Assembly (NCBI GenBank): GCA_963829105.1
Contig: CAWHHF010000022.1
Coordinates: 721,685-785,684 of the forward strand
DNA length: 64,000 nucleotides
Source: an uncultured Chloroflexia bacterium
GTDB taxonomy: Bacteria > Chloroflexota > Limnocylindria > Limnocylindrales > CSP1-4
Direction: 5' to 3'
A program made the position numbers and the translations under genes. The notes beneath the pieces were generated by a model. The model was not told where the DNA came from, did no database searches, and saw only the letters and a program-made list of their open reading frames with translations. Shown one piece after another: positions 36,024 through 45,137 of the stretch (positions are counted from its first letter, which is position 1; the number at the start of each line of letters is the position of its first letter).

Positions 36024-38018
36024 TCAACCGGATCGACCGGGTTCGTCGACGGCCGGTCCGTCCACGCTCGCCCAGCGCCGGTCCATGACGAGCTGGATGA
36101 CCGTCGGACCCGATGCCGCGAGCGCCGTCCGCAGGGCGGGCTCGAACGCCGCGTCGCCGTCCACGCGCACGCCTCGCGCTCCGCAGGCCCTGGCGGCCGC
36201 AGCGAAGTCCACCGGCCCCAGGTCCGTGGCCGGCGCCGTGAGGCTGCCCTGCCGGTCCTGGTAGCCGCGGATCATGCCGTAGCGCTCGTTGTCGAACACG
36301 ATCGCAACCACATGCGCACCTTCGCGCACCGCCGTCTCGACCTCGGCCATCGTCATGCCCATCCCACCGTCCCCGACCAGCGCCACGACGCGCCGCTCGC
36401 GGTGGACCAGGGACGCGGCAAGGGCGGCGGGAAACGCGTACCCCATGGCACCCGACGTCGGGCCGAGGAACGTCCCGGGCCGCCGGAACCGGAACCCGCG
36501 CGCGGCCCAGCCGGCGAACGACCCGGCGTCAGTGGTCAGGATGGCGTCCTCCGGCAGCAGCCGGCGAAGGTCCGCGATGATCCGGCCAGGGTGGATCCCC
36601 GGCCCGGTCCACGCGGACGCGTCGACCACGGTGGCTGCCTCCCACGCCTCCCGGTCCCGTGCGTTGTGCCCGTCCCGGGCGAGGAGCGGCTCCGCAACAA
36701 GAACGCCGTCCTTCAGGCGGGCCACCGCTGCCCGCAAGAAGGCGCGCGCATCGGAGCGGACCGCGTGGAGCGGGGCGGGAGTGTCGCCGGCCGCCTCCGT
36801 CCGCGGCTCGAGGTCGACGTGCATCCACGGCTGGCCGGGACCCGGCACCGCGTAGTCGAAGGTGGAGGGCTCGCTGAGCCGCGACCCGAGGACGAGGATC
36901 GCGTCGGCAGACTCGAGGCGGGCCCGGACGGGCGCCGGGCTTCCGAAGCCGGTCATCCCCAGGTACAGCGGATGGTCGTTGGGAATGACGTCCCCGCGCC
37001 GCCAGCTCGCGATCACAGGGACATGCAGGAGCTCCGCGAACCGCACGAGATCGTTGGAGCAGCGCGCGCGGAGCACGCCGGCCCCCGCGAGGATCACGGG
37101 CCGCTCGGCCGCGGCCAGGAAATGGAGGACCGCACGGATGTCCGTCGCCGAGGGCGCCTCCGGGTGCGGCCGGACGATGGGCGCCCGGGTACCCTTCGGG
37201 ATCGGGAGCGCCAGGACGTCCTCGGGGAGGGCGATGAGCGCGGGGCCGGGACGCCCCTCGAGCACGGCGTGAACGGCGGCCTCGAGCGTCGCCGCGGCCG
37301 TGAGCGGGTCGTCGATCTCCCCGGCCCACTTGGCCAGGCTCCCGATGCCAGCGACGAGGTCGGACTCCTGGAATGCCTCGCGACCGCGGTGCCGGCGCTC
37401 GACCTGGCCGACGAGCGCGAACATGGGCGTGGAGTCGGCCGTGGCCGTGTGGATGCCGATGGCGAGGTTGGAGGCACCGACGACGCGGCTGCCGAGACAG
37501 GCCGCCGGGCGGCCGGTGAGCTGGCCGTAGGCCTCCGCGGCGAAGGCGGCTGCACCCTCGTGGCGCGTCGCGACGATGCGGATGCCGGCCGCCTCGAGGG
37601 CGTCGAGCACCGGGAGGAAGCTCTCGCCGGGCACGGTGAAGGCCAGGCGAACCCCGGCGCCGCGGAGCGTGGCGGCGATGAGCTCCGCGACGGTGGCCGG
37701 CTCCGCGGCCGGTGCCTCGGGCTCGGGCCTCGGCTCCGGCTCCGCTGCCTCGGGCTCCGGCTCGGCGGCCGGTGCCTCCGGCTCCGGCTCGGGCCTCGGC
37801 TCCGGCTCGACGGCCTCGGGCTCCGGCTCGGCGGCCGCTGCCTCCGGCTCCGGCTCGGCTGCCTCCGGCTCAGGCTCGGGCGTCGGCTCCGGCTCGACGG
37901 CCTCGGGCTCCGGCTCGGCGGCCGGTGCCTCCGGCTCCGGCTCGGCGGCGTCCGGCTCGGACTCGGGCGTCCGGCTCCGGCTCCGGCTCGACGGCCTCCG
38001 GCTCAGGCTCGGGCTCAT
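36024..38018 (-). CDS. Thiamine-diphosphate enzyme of the acetolactate synthase large-subunit family, with an about 120-aa acidic PEPEA-repeat N-terminus
   Basis: TPP N-domain (LRGAGVRLAFTVPGESFLPVLDAL..ATRHEGAAAFAAEAY), central domain, and TPP-binding GDGGMGMTMAEVETAV. No in-frame start lies between the repeats and the catalytic core. The true start is probably ATG 38139 in another frame (see findings). Confidence 0.85.
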   Translation of the reverse strand: MSPSLSRRPSSRSRSRTPESEPDAAEPEPEAPAAEPEPEAVEPEPTPEPEPEAAEPEPEAAAAEPEPEAVEPEPRPEPEPEAPAAEPEPEAAEPEPRPEPEAPAAEPATVAELIAATLRGAGVRLAFTVPGESFLPVLDALEAAGIRIVATRHEGAAAFAAEAYGQLTGRPAACLGSRVVGASNLAIGIHTATADSTPMFALVGQVERRHRGREAFQESDLVAGIGSLAKWAGEIDDPLTAAATLEAAVHAVLEGRPGPALIALPEDVLALPIPKGTRAPIVRPHPEAPSATDIRAVLHFLAAAERPVILAGAGVLRARCSNDLVRFAELLHVPVIASWRRGDVIPNDHPLYLGMTGFGSPAPVRARLESADAILVLGSRLSEPSTFDYAVPGPGQPWMHVDLEPRTEAAGDTPAPLHAVRSDARAFLRAAVARLKDGVLVAEPLLARDGHNARDREAWEAATVVDASAWTGPGIHPGRIIADLRRLLPEDAILTTDAGSFAGWAARGFRFRRPGTFLGPTSGAMGYAFPAALAASLVHRERRVVALVGDGGMGMTMAEVETAVREGAHVVAIVFDNERYGMIRGYQDRQGSLTAPATDLGPVDFAAAARACGARGVRVDGDAAFEPALRTALAASGPTVIQLVMDRRWASVDGPAVDEPGRSG
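37700..38010. repeat. Imperfect tandem DNA repeats (ggctccggctc units, higher-order period about 75-80 bp) encoding the PEPEA tract
   Basis: Read directly. All three frames of each strand give low-complexity peptides (PEPEA, SGSGSAA, PAPARR). Confidence 0.85.
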
Positions 38019-38220
38019 CGACCGCCGAGGCGGCAGCTTCGGCCGCGGCCGCGACCGCGTCCGCCGGCTCGAATTCGCCGGCTGCCGCGTCGGGCGCAGT
38101 TGACCCGCGCTGAGGGTCCTGGTCGAGGTGGGACTGCATCGCGACCTCCTGTCGCCGGCCGGAACGGCGGTCCGTCCGGGGCCGGGGCGTGCGGAAACGG
38201 GATGGACGGTGGCGCGGGCG

Positions 38221-38331
38221 TCAGCTTGGCGCGACCACCGTCGCGGACGCCATCATGGCGGCCAGCATGCCGGCGATCACGACGATCGCGACGATCGTCA
38301 TGACGAGGCGTGCACTGCGGGCTCCGGGCAT
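38221..38331 (-). CDS. Candidate 36-aa hydrophobic micro-protein
   Basis: ATG 38331 lies 7 nt after TAGGAGGG, which contains the yajQ stop. Sequence MPGARSARLVMTIVAIVVIAGMLAAMMASATVVAPS, one TM. About 89% third-position GC by hand count. Confidence 0.45.
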   Translation of the reverse strand: MPGARSARLVMTIVAIVVIAGMLAAMMASATVVAPS

Positions 38332-38342
38332 CGTGGACCCTC

Positions 38343-38834
38343 CTAGCGGTAGTTCTCGAACTGGAGCGGGACGACCTCGTCGAGCTCGCGCAGCCGGACG
38401 ATCACCTTCTGCAGCTCGTCCCGGCTCTTGCCGGCGACGCGAATGGCATCGCCCTGGACACGCGGCTGGACCTTCGGGAACTCGTCCCGGATCAGCTTCA
38501 CCAGCTTCCTGGCCAGGTCGTCCGGGAGGCCGCGGCGCAGGGTGACCTCCTGGCGGACCCTGTTGCCGCCGGCGGGCAGGACCTGGCCCCACTCGAAGAT
38601 CTTCAGCGACAGGTTCCGGCGGACGGCCTTCGACTCGACCAGGTCGCGGATCGCCCGCGCCCGCATCTCGCTGTCCGTCACCAGGACCAGCCGCTCCTTC
38701 TCCTGTGCCAGGTCAACGTGGGCACCCTTGAAGTCGTACCGCTGCTGGACCTCGCGCCGGACCTGGTCCAGCGCGTTCCGGAGCTCCTGCTCGTCGAAAT
38801 CCGAGACGACGTCGAACGAGATCTCGCCCGCCAT
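38343..38834 (-). CDS. yajQ: YajQ-family (UPF0234) nucleotide / cyclic-di-GMP-binding protein
   Basis: ISFDVVSDFDEQELRNALDQVRREVQQRYDFKG..IRVAGKSRDELQ. ATG follows AAGGGAGG. Confidence 0.9.
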   Translation of the reverse strand: MAGEISFDVVSDFDEQELRNALDQVRREVQQRYDFKGAHVDLAQEKERLVLVTDSEMRARAIRDLVESKAVRRNLSLKIFEWGQVLPAGGNRVRQEVTLRRGLPDDLARKLVKLIRDEFPKVQPRVQGDAIRVAGKSRDELQKVIVRLRELDEVVPLQFENYR

Positions 38835-38845
38835 CGACCCTCCCT

Positions 38846-39232
38846 TCAGCCCGCGAGGTGCTCGCGGGTCATCGTCCAGTGCTTCAGGCGCACGATACGC
38901 CCGTCCTCCCCAATCTCGGCGGAGAGGAAGCCCGCCTGCCGGACCTTCGCGTCGTCGGCGGTCCGGTTCCAGCTCGCATGCCACGCCGCCAGCACGGTAT
39001 CCCCGCTGACCCAGTGCCGTTCCACGGCGAGGTCGTACCAGCGTTCCGCGTCGGCCGCCGCGAGCAAGTATGCCCGGAGGTCGTTGTGACCTGCCAGCGG
39101 CGGCAGGAACGGGTCGAGCGAGACCTGCGCCTCCTCCGCAAACAGCGCCGTGTAGGCGTCACCGTCGTGCCGGATCCGGGCGTCGACGAGCGCGCGCAGC
39201 AGGTCGTGGCCGGCGGCGTAGGTGACCGTCAT
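38846..39232 (-). CDS. SnoaL/NTF2-like fold protein
   Basis: 128 aa. The pattern LRALVDARIRHDGDAYTALFAEEAQVSLDPF..HWVSGDTVLAAWHASW..GRIVRLKHW. The ATG overlaps the mpl-like stop (ATGA). Confidence 0.65.
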   Translation of the reverse strand: MTVTYAAGHDLLRALVDARIRHDGDAYTALFAEEAQVSLDPFLPPLAGHNDLRAYLLAAADAERWYDLAVERHWVSGDTVLAAWHASWNRTADDAKVRQAGFLSAEIGEDGRIVRLKHWTMTREHLAG

Positions 39233-40809
39233 CGCGATCCCAGGAACTCGAGGAGCAGCTCGCCGATCCGGTATGAGCGCCCGCCGCCCATCACCAGCAC
39301 GACGTCGCCCGAGCGGACCTCGCCGGCCAGCCAGCGGGCCGTCGCCTCGACGGACCCGGGGGCCGCGACGGGGATCGACGGGGCCCGGGCCGCCACGGCG
39401 CGCGCGAGGCCTTCCGCGGAGGCGATGCTCGTGTCGGGGTCGCGGCCCGCCCAGATGTCCGCGATGGCGACCCCATCCGCGTTGGCCAGGACCTCCGCGA
39501 AGGCGTCGAGCAGGGCCGCGGTCCGGTGGAACGTCAGCGGCTCGTACACCGCCCAGGTCCGGTGGCCGGGCTCGCGCTGGCGGACGGCGGCCAGCGTCTC
39601 GCGGATCGCCGTCGGGTGATGACCGTAGTCGTCGTAGACGACGACGCCCGCCGCCTCGCCCTTGCGTTCCAGCCGCCGGCCGACGCCCCGGAACGTCGCC
39701 AGGCCCAGCACGACCGCGGCGGACCCCAGGCCGGTGGCGGCAGCGGCCGCGGCGACCCCCAGCGCATTTGCCGCATTGTGGCGCCCGGCCGTCGGCAGCC
39801 TGACCGGCAGCGGACCCGCCAGCGGGTCCAGCCCGGCCACTTCCAGCAGGGTGGCGTCGCGCTCCGCAGCCGTGATCCGGCCGAGCAATGGTTCGGCCGG
39901 ACCCGCGGCCGTGGCGAACTGCTCCGCGATGCCCTTCGCATACCCCCCGAGCCGTTGGGAGGCGACGGCCACCAGCGCCGTGGCCACCATCCGTCCGGGC
40001 CAGTCCGCCAGGCGGGACGCCAGCTCCGCGACGCCGGCGTCGGCGACGTTGGCAACGAGGACGGGTGTGCGGCCGTCGCTCCGCCCGTCCCCGGCGCGGC
40101 GGATCCAGGCCTCGAACGCTGCGAGGACCGCCGCGCGGTCGGCGAACACGTCCGGGTGATCCCACTCGGCGGAGGTCAGCACGGTGATCGCGGGCAGGTA
40201 CGGGTCGAAGTTGCCGGCATACTCGTCCGCCTCCACGACGAACGCCGCTCCCGAGCCCCTGCGGGCCGTCGCCGGGACGCCGATCCCGGTGAGATCCGCG
40301 GGCAGGAGGGCGCCGACGAACGCGCCCGGATCCGCCCCACCGCTGGCCAGCACGTGCACCAGCCAGCCCGATGACGTGCTCTTGCCGTGGGTTCCGGCCA
40401 CGGCGACGAGCTGCCGGCCGGCCGCGGCGTCTGCGACCACCTGCTGCCACGGCTCCAGCGGCACGCCGAGCTCGCGCGCTGCCAGCAGCTCGGGGTGATC
40501 GGGATCGATGGCGGTGAGCGCCTTGGTCACGGCCAGCCGGGCCGGATGCGGGACACCGCGAACGTGGGCTGCATCGTGGGCCGGGGCCACCCGGACGCCG
40601 GCCAGGTCGAGCGCCGGCGTGTACGGGCTGGGACCTCCCGGATCGCAGCCGTCCACGACCGCTCCCGCCCACGCCGCGACCAGCGCTGCGGCCGAGGCCC
40701 CGGCCCCGGCCGCCCCGACGACGTGGATGCGCTCCCCGGCGGCGATCGGACGGGCCGGCCGGGGAGCAGCGAGTCCTGCCCCGATCTCCGCGGCGTCGCG
40801 CACGGTCAC
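39229..40809 (-). CDS. Mur ligase family enzyme, closer to Mpl (murein tripeptide ligase) than MurC by motif
   Basis: HVVGAAGAGASAAA, VAVAGTHGKSTSS, VVEADEYAGNFDPY and SAEWDHPDVF (Mpl has EADEYD and EFDHADIF; MurC has EADESD and EADHMDTY). The GTG overlaps the cinA stop (GTGA). Confidence 0.8.
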   Translation of the reverse strand: MTVRDAAEIGAGLAAPRPARPIAAGERIHVVGAAGAGASAAALVAAWAGAVVDGCDPGGPSPYTPALDLAGVRVAPAHDAAHVRGVPHPARLAVTKALTAIDPDHPELLAARELGVPLEPWQQVVADAAAGRQLVAVAGTHGKSTSSGWLVHVLASGGADPGAFVGALLPADLTGIGVPATARRGSGAAFVVEADEYAGNFDPYLPAITVLTSAEWDHPDVFADRAAVLAAFEAWIRRAGDGRSDGRTPVLVANVADAGVAELASRLADWPGRMVATALVAVASQRLGGYAKGIAEQFATAAGPAEPLLGRITAAERDATLLEVAGLDPLAGPLPVRLPTAGRHNAANALGVAAAAAATGLGSAAVVLGLATFRGVGRRLERKGEAAGVVVYDDYGHHPTAIRETLAAVRQREPGHRTWAVYEPLTFHRTAALLDAFAEVLANADGVAIADIWAGRDPDTSIASAEGLARAVAARAPSIPVAAPGSVEATARWLAGEVRSGDVVLVMGGGRSYRIGELLLEFLGSR

Positions 40810-41303
40810 GCGAGGGGCTCCGCGTCCACCCGCTCGAGGAGCATCCCGAGCGCCGCCTCCGCGCTGCTGCGCTTGTTGGCGGCGCGGTCGCCCGACCACA
40901 GGAACCTGCGGACTTCTGGCCGGCCGAGCCCCGAAACCGCCACGTAGACCAGGCCGACGGGCTTTGCCTCGCTGCCGCCGTCCGGACCGGCGACGCCGGT
41001 GACGGCAACCCCGAGGTCGGTGCCGAGTGCGTGCCGCACGCCGTCCGCCATCGCGAGCGCGACCTGCGCGGACACCGCCCCGTGGGCCGCGAGCACGTCG
41101 GTGGGGACGCCCAGGATGGACCGCTTCACGTCGTCCGCATAGGCGACGACCCCGCCCCGCAGATATGCCGAGGAGCCCGGAACCTCCGTGATCAGGTGCG
41201 CGACGAGACCCCCGGTACAGGACTCGGCGGTGGCAACGGTCAGGCCGCGGGCCGCGCAACGGGCCCCGAGACGCGCGGCGAGGTCGACGAGCGGATCCTC
41301 CAC
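40806..41303 (-). CDS. CinA C-terminal domain / nicotinamide-nucleotide amidase (PncC-like)
   Basis: TVATAESCTGGLVAHLITEVPGSSAYLRGGVVAYADDVK..GVAVTGVAGPDGGSEAKPVGLVYVAV. Confidence 0.85.
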   Translation of the reverse strand: MEDPLVDLAARLGARCAARGLTVATAESCTGGLVAHLITEVPGSSAYLRGGVVAYADDVKRSILGVPTDVLAAHGAVSAQVALAMADGVRHALGTDLGVAVTGVAGPDGGSEAKPVGLVYVAVSGLGRPEVRRFLWSGDRAANKRSSAEAALGMLLERVDAEPLA

Positions 41304-41304
41304 G

Positions 41305-42702
41305 TCAGGTGCGGTTGGTCTTGACCGGAGCGGCGGGCGGCGCGAACAGCCAGGTCTCGGGATTGCTCTTCGGCGACATGCGCCCCAGGTCATCGCCGTT
41401 GAGGGTGAAGTAGGTCGCGCTCGACTTGCCCGTCCGGACCTCCACCGAGTTCTTGGCCGTAAAGGTGAGGACCTTCCCGGGGCCGTACGTTGCCCCCGCG
41501 GTACCGGTCACGTCGGAGACCTTGCCGTCCACCCAGACCTTGAGCCAGGCCCTGGAGCCCTTGATCTCCACGACCAGGTTGACGCCCTGGTACCGGATCG
41601 AGACGTTCCGGGTGAGCGTCACGGCCTTGCCCTCGGCGGACGTGGCCGTGACCGCGATCTGCCAGCTCCCGGCCGACAGGTCGAGCGGCGTGTCGAAGGT
41701 CCCGTCTGCTGCCACGTCCACGGTGACCGGGCCGACCGTGGGCCGCGCGGACGGGGCCGGCGACGTGCCGGCGCCGGGCGCGGAAGGCGTGGCGCTGGGC
41801 GTGGGAGCACCGGCCGGAGCCACGAGGTTCGCGGCCACGGCGACGGTCTTGGCGTTGGTCGTCGTGCCCTTGACCGGGATGGCCCCGTTCTCGAACTGGG
41901 AGCCATCGGCGGGCGAGGTGAGATTGAGCGTCGGCGCCTCGATGACGAGGAACGGCACCGTGATGAAGATCCGCGGGGTCGTCTCGGCCGTCTTCCCGGT
42001 GTCGGGATCGACGGCGGTGATGTCGAACTGGTTGCGGCCGCGCCGCAGGTCGACGTCCCTGCTCCACTTGCCGGCGGCGTCGGCCGAGACCCTGTACGGC
42101 TCGTCGCGACCGGCCGCCGTGATCGTGATCGTCGCGCCGGGGATCGAGGTCCCGCGCAGCGTGTAGGTCGTTGTGTCCTCGGGCACGTCGATGACGAGCT
42201 GCGACGGGTTCGTGACCTCGAGCGTGGGCGGCTTGGCGAACCGGACGAGCTGGATGCCCATGTAGACGGCGAACACGCCGATGAGGACCGTGAGCAGCGC
42301 CGCCACCACCACGACCGGTGAGAAGGTCAGCCCCTGGCGGGGGGCGGCCAGCGGCTTGGGGACGGCCAGCACGGGCTCCGCGGGGATCGCCGCGTCGCCC
42401 CGCTCGTGCTTCCACTGCAACAGCACGTCCTCGGGATCGAGGCCGAGGTACAGGGCGTAGTTGCGGAGGAAGCCCTTCGTGTAGACGGCTCCCGGGAGCT
42501 CCCGGTAGTCGCCGTGCTCGAGCGCCTCGAGGTAGCGGGCCCGGATCTTCGTGTCGCGCTCGGCGCGGTAGAGATCGACACCCTTGCGCTCGCGCGCGGC
42601 CAGCAGCCGTTCGGGCAGGGACGGGCCGGCCTCGGTCGCGTACGCGCGGTCACCGTCGCGCGCCTCCGCGCGACTGCGCCGCAGCTCGTCTCTCGCGGTC
42701 AT
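41305..42702 (-). CDS. RodZ-like cytoskeleton protein (HTH, TM, Ig-like region, DUF4115-like C-terminus)
   Basis: LPERLLAARERKGVDLYRAERDTKIRARYLEALEHGDYRELPGAVYTKGFLRNYALYLGLD, then a TM segment, then C-terminal beta-rich domains. Confidence 0.8.
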   Translation of the reverse strand: MTARDELRRSRAEARDGDRAYATEAGPSLPERLLAARERKGVDLYRAERDTKIRARYLEALEHGDYRELPGAVYTKGFLRNYALYLGLDPEDVLLQWKHERGDAAIPAEPVLAVPKPLAAPRQGLTFSPVVVVAALLTVLIGVFAVYMGIQLVRFAKPPTLEVTNPSQLVIDVPEDTTTYTLRGTSIPGATITITAAGRDEPYRVSADAAGKWSRDVDLRRGRNQFDITAVDPDTGKTAETTPRIFITVPFLVIEAPTLNLTSPADGSQFENGAIPVKGTTTNAKTVAVAANLVAPAGAPTPSATPSAPGAGTSPAPSARPTVGPVTVDVAADGTFDTPLDLSAGSWQIAVTATSAEGKAVTLTRNVSIRYQGVNLVVEIKGSRAWLKVWVDGKVSDVTGTAGATYGPGKVLTFTAKNSVEVRTGKSSATYFTLNGDDLGRMSPKSNPETWLFAPPAAPVKTNRT

Positions 42703-45134
42703 GCATCGTCCTCGTCTTCAGCGGCCGGACCGTCGTCACGACGGAGGACCACCCTCGCGTTCGAGCCGTCGAACGCCCCCACGTACCCGCGCGCCTCGAG
42801 CTGGTCGATGATCCGGGCGGCCCGCGCGTAGCCGATCCGCAACCGCCGCTGGAGCAGCGATGCCGAGGCTCGATCGTACTCCCGGATGACCGACACGGCA
42901 TCCATCAACAGGCGGTCCGCGTCGTCGTCCGCCACCTCCTCGACGGAGCCCGTCGAGTCCTCGTCGTTGGCGATGATCGAGAGGTCGTACCGCGGGTCGT
43001 CGATCTGGTCGCGCCAGAACTGGGTGACGCGCCCGATCTCGGGGTCCGAGACGAACACGCCCTGCAGGCGCATGGGCCGCGGCAGGTCGGACGGCTGGTA
43101 GAGCATGTCGCCGCGGCCGATCAGGTCCTCGGCACCCGGGGAATCGAGGATCGTCCGGCTGTCGATCTGGCTGGCCATCGCGAATGCGATCCGGGACGGG
43201 AAGTTCGCCTTGATCAGGCCCGTGACCACGTTGACCGACGGGCGCTGCGTCGCGAGGACCATGTGGATGCCGGTCGCGCGGGCCTTCTGGGCGAGGCGGA
43301 CGATCGGATCCTCGACGTTCTTGCCCTCGCGCATCATCAGGTCCGCGAGCTCGTCGATGATGATCACGATGTATGGCAGCCGGTCCGCCGGGTCCACCCG
43401 GGTCTCGTTGTAGGCCTTGAGGTTGCGGGAGTTGGCGCCGGCGAACTTCCGGTACCGGTGCTCCATCTGGGCAACGGCCCACTTGAGCGCGGCCTTGGCC
43501 CGCTCGGGCTCCGTGATGACCGGGACGAGCAGGTGCGGCAGGCCGTTGTAGCCCGCGAGCTCGACCCGCTTGAGGTCCATCAGGATCAGGCGCGCGTCCT
43601 CCGGGGTGGCGTTGCACAGCAGGCTGGTGATGAGCGCGTTGACCATGACGCTCTTGCCCGAGCCGGTGGCGCCCGCGATCAGCAGGTGGGGCATCTTGGC
43701 GAGGTCCACGGCCTGGGCGCGGCCCGCGACGTCCCTGCCCAGGGCGAACGTGAGGCGGGTGCCGGACGCGGCGAAGTCGAGCTCCTCGAGGATCCGCCGC
43801 AGCGCGACGACGTTGAACTCCTTGTTCGGGATCTCGATGCCCACGGCGCTCTTGCCCGGGATCGGCGCCTCGATCCGGATGCTCCGCGCGGCGAGGGCCA
43901 TCGACAGGTCGTCCTGGAGCGCCTCGATCCGGCTGAGCTTGATGTGCGGGGCGGGCTGGACCTCGTACTGGGTGACCACCGGTCCGGCGTTCCGGCCGAT
44001 GATCCGCGCCTCGATGTCGAAGCTCGCCAGCTTGCGGACGATGATCTCCTCGTTCCGCGCGTGGACCGCGTCCGCGATCCCGGTGGCCGCGGGCGTGGGA
44101 GCCTCGCCAGCGTCGAGCAGGTCGTGGGGCGGGAGCACCCAGGCAATGGCCTCGCGGGCGGGCGGTGAGTCGACGGCATCGGCCAGGTCCCCCGGGGCCA
44201 GGGTGACGGGACCGGCCGTGGCGACGGCGAGTGCCGGTGCCGCGGCCCCATTGCCGCTGCCGCCGCCGTTTCGCTGGGGCGCGAACGTCGCCGACGTCGG
44301 CGTCTGCGAGGGAACCGCGCTCGGGATGCCCGGGCCGGTGGCGTCCGGGCCCCAGGCGCCCACCTGTCCAGGCGAATCCACGGCCGGGATCTTCGTTGAC
44401 CGGCCCCGACGGCCACCCTCGGCGATGGCGGTGGCGGTGGTCGCGACGCCGATCGGACGGGCGTCGGCCGCTCGTCCCGTACCCGGTCCGGCGGTCTCCG
44501 GGGGCTTCGCCGTGCGGTCCTGGAACGTGGACCCCGCCGCACGGGCGCCCCTGAGCAGCGGCGAGAGGGCGGAACGCAGGGGCATGTCGAACGCCACGAG
44601 GATCCCGGTGACGAGCAGGCCGACCAGGACGATGAATGCCCCCGGGGTGGTCAGGAGCGGCGCCAGCAGGTCCTCCAGGAACCGGCCGATGCGGCCCCCG
44701 GTGAACTCGCCGCGGAAGTTGACGACCTGGATCAGGCCCAGGAACGCCCCGTACGCGAGCGTGATCCCGAGCAGCGTCCGGCCCCACGGCGCCCCCGGTT
44801 CCCGGCCCGGCCCCCACTCGATGTACCAGCCGGCCACCAGCAGGACCAGCGGGAACAGGAACCGCGCCGCCCCGAAGTAGGGCACCGTCAGGTTCCGCCA
44901 CCAGTCGGTGAGGGTCCCGCCGGGCAGCGCGAGCGCGATCAGCGAGACGGCACCGAGCATCAGCAGCATGATCCCGACCAGGGACCGCAGGACGGCCGGC
45001 GACAGCCCCAGCGACAGCCTCGGGTGCGGCAGCGCACCGCCCCGCTTCGGCGCGGCACGCGACGGCCGGCGTGCGCCGTTCGAGGCGCGGGTTGCGGGCG
45101 TGGAACGCGGCGTGGACCGTCGCCGGGGCGCCAT
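42699..45134 (-). CDS. ftsK: DNA translocase FtsK
   Basis: N-terminal TMs and a Pro/Ala-rich linker. Motor motifs HLLIAGATGSGKSV, IIIDELADLMM and ATQRPSVNVVTG. Gamma wHTH ASASLLQRRLRIGYARAARIIDQLE. Confidence 0.95.
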   Translation of the reverse strand: MAPRRRSTPRSTPATRASNGARRPSRAAPKRGGALPHPRLSLGLSPAVLRSLVGIMLLMLGAVSLIALALPGGTLTDWWRNLTVPYFGAARFLFPLVLLVAGWYIEWGPGREPGAPWGRTLLGITLAYGAFLGLIQVVNFRGEFTGGRIGRFLEDLLAPLLTTPGAFIVLVGLLVTGILVAFDMPLRSALSPLLRGARAAGSTFQDRTAKPPETAGPGTGRAADARPIGVATTATAIAEGGRRGRSTKIPAVDSPGQVGAWGPDATGPGIPSAVPSQTPTSATFAPQRNGGGSGNGAAAPALAVATAGPVTLAPGDLADAVDSPPAREAIAWVLPPHDLLDAGEAPTPAATGIADAVHARNEEIIVRKLASFDIEARIIGRNAGPVVTQYEVQPAPHIKLSRIEALQDDLSMALAARSIRIEAPIPGKSAVGIEIPNKEFNVVALRRILEELDFAASGTRLTFALGRDVAGRAQAVDLAKMPHLLIAGATGSGKSVMVNALITSLLCNATPEDARLILMDLKRVELAGYNGLPHLLVPVITEPERAKAALKWAVAQMEHRYRKFAGANSRNLKAYNETRVDPADRLPYIVIIIDELADLMMREGKNVEDPIVRLAQKARATGIHMVLATQRPSVNVVTGLIKANFPSRIAFAMASQIDSRTILDSPGAEDLIGRGDMLYQPSDLPRPMRLQGVFVSDPEIGRVTQFWRDQIDDPRYDLSIIANDEDSTGSVEEVADDDADRLLMDAVSVIREYDRASASLLQRRLRIGYARAARIIDQLEARGYVGAFDGSNARVVLRRDDGPAAEDEDDA

Positions 45135-45137
45135 CCG

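Noticed and set aside
37576-38113. Plus-strand ORFs encoding SGSGSAA and PAPARR repeats
   Set aside because: These are alternative-frame readings of the same tandem DNA repeat. Only the minus-strand PEPEA frame continues into a recognisable enzyme.
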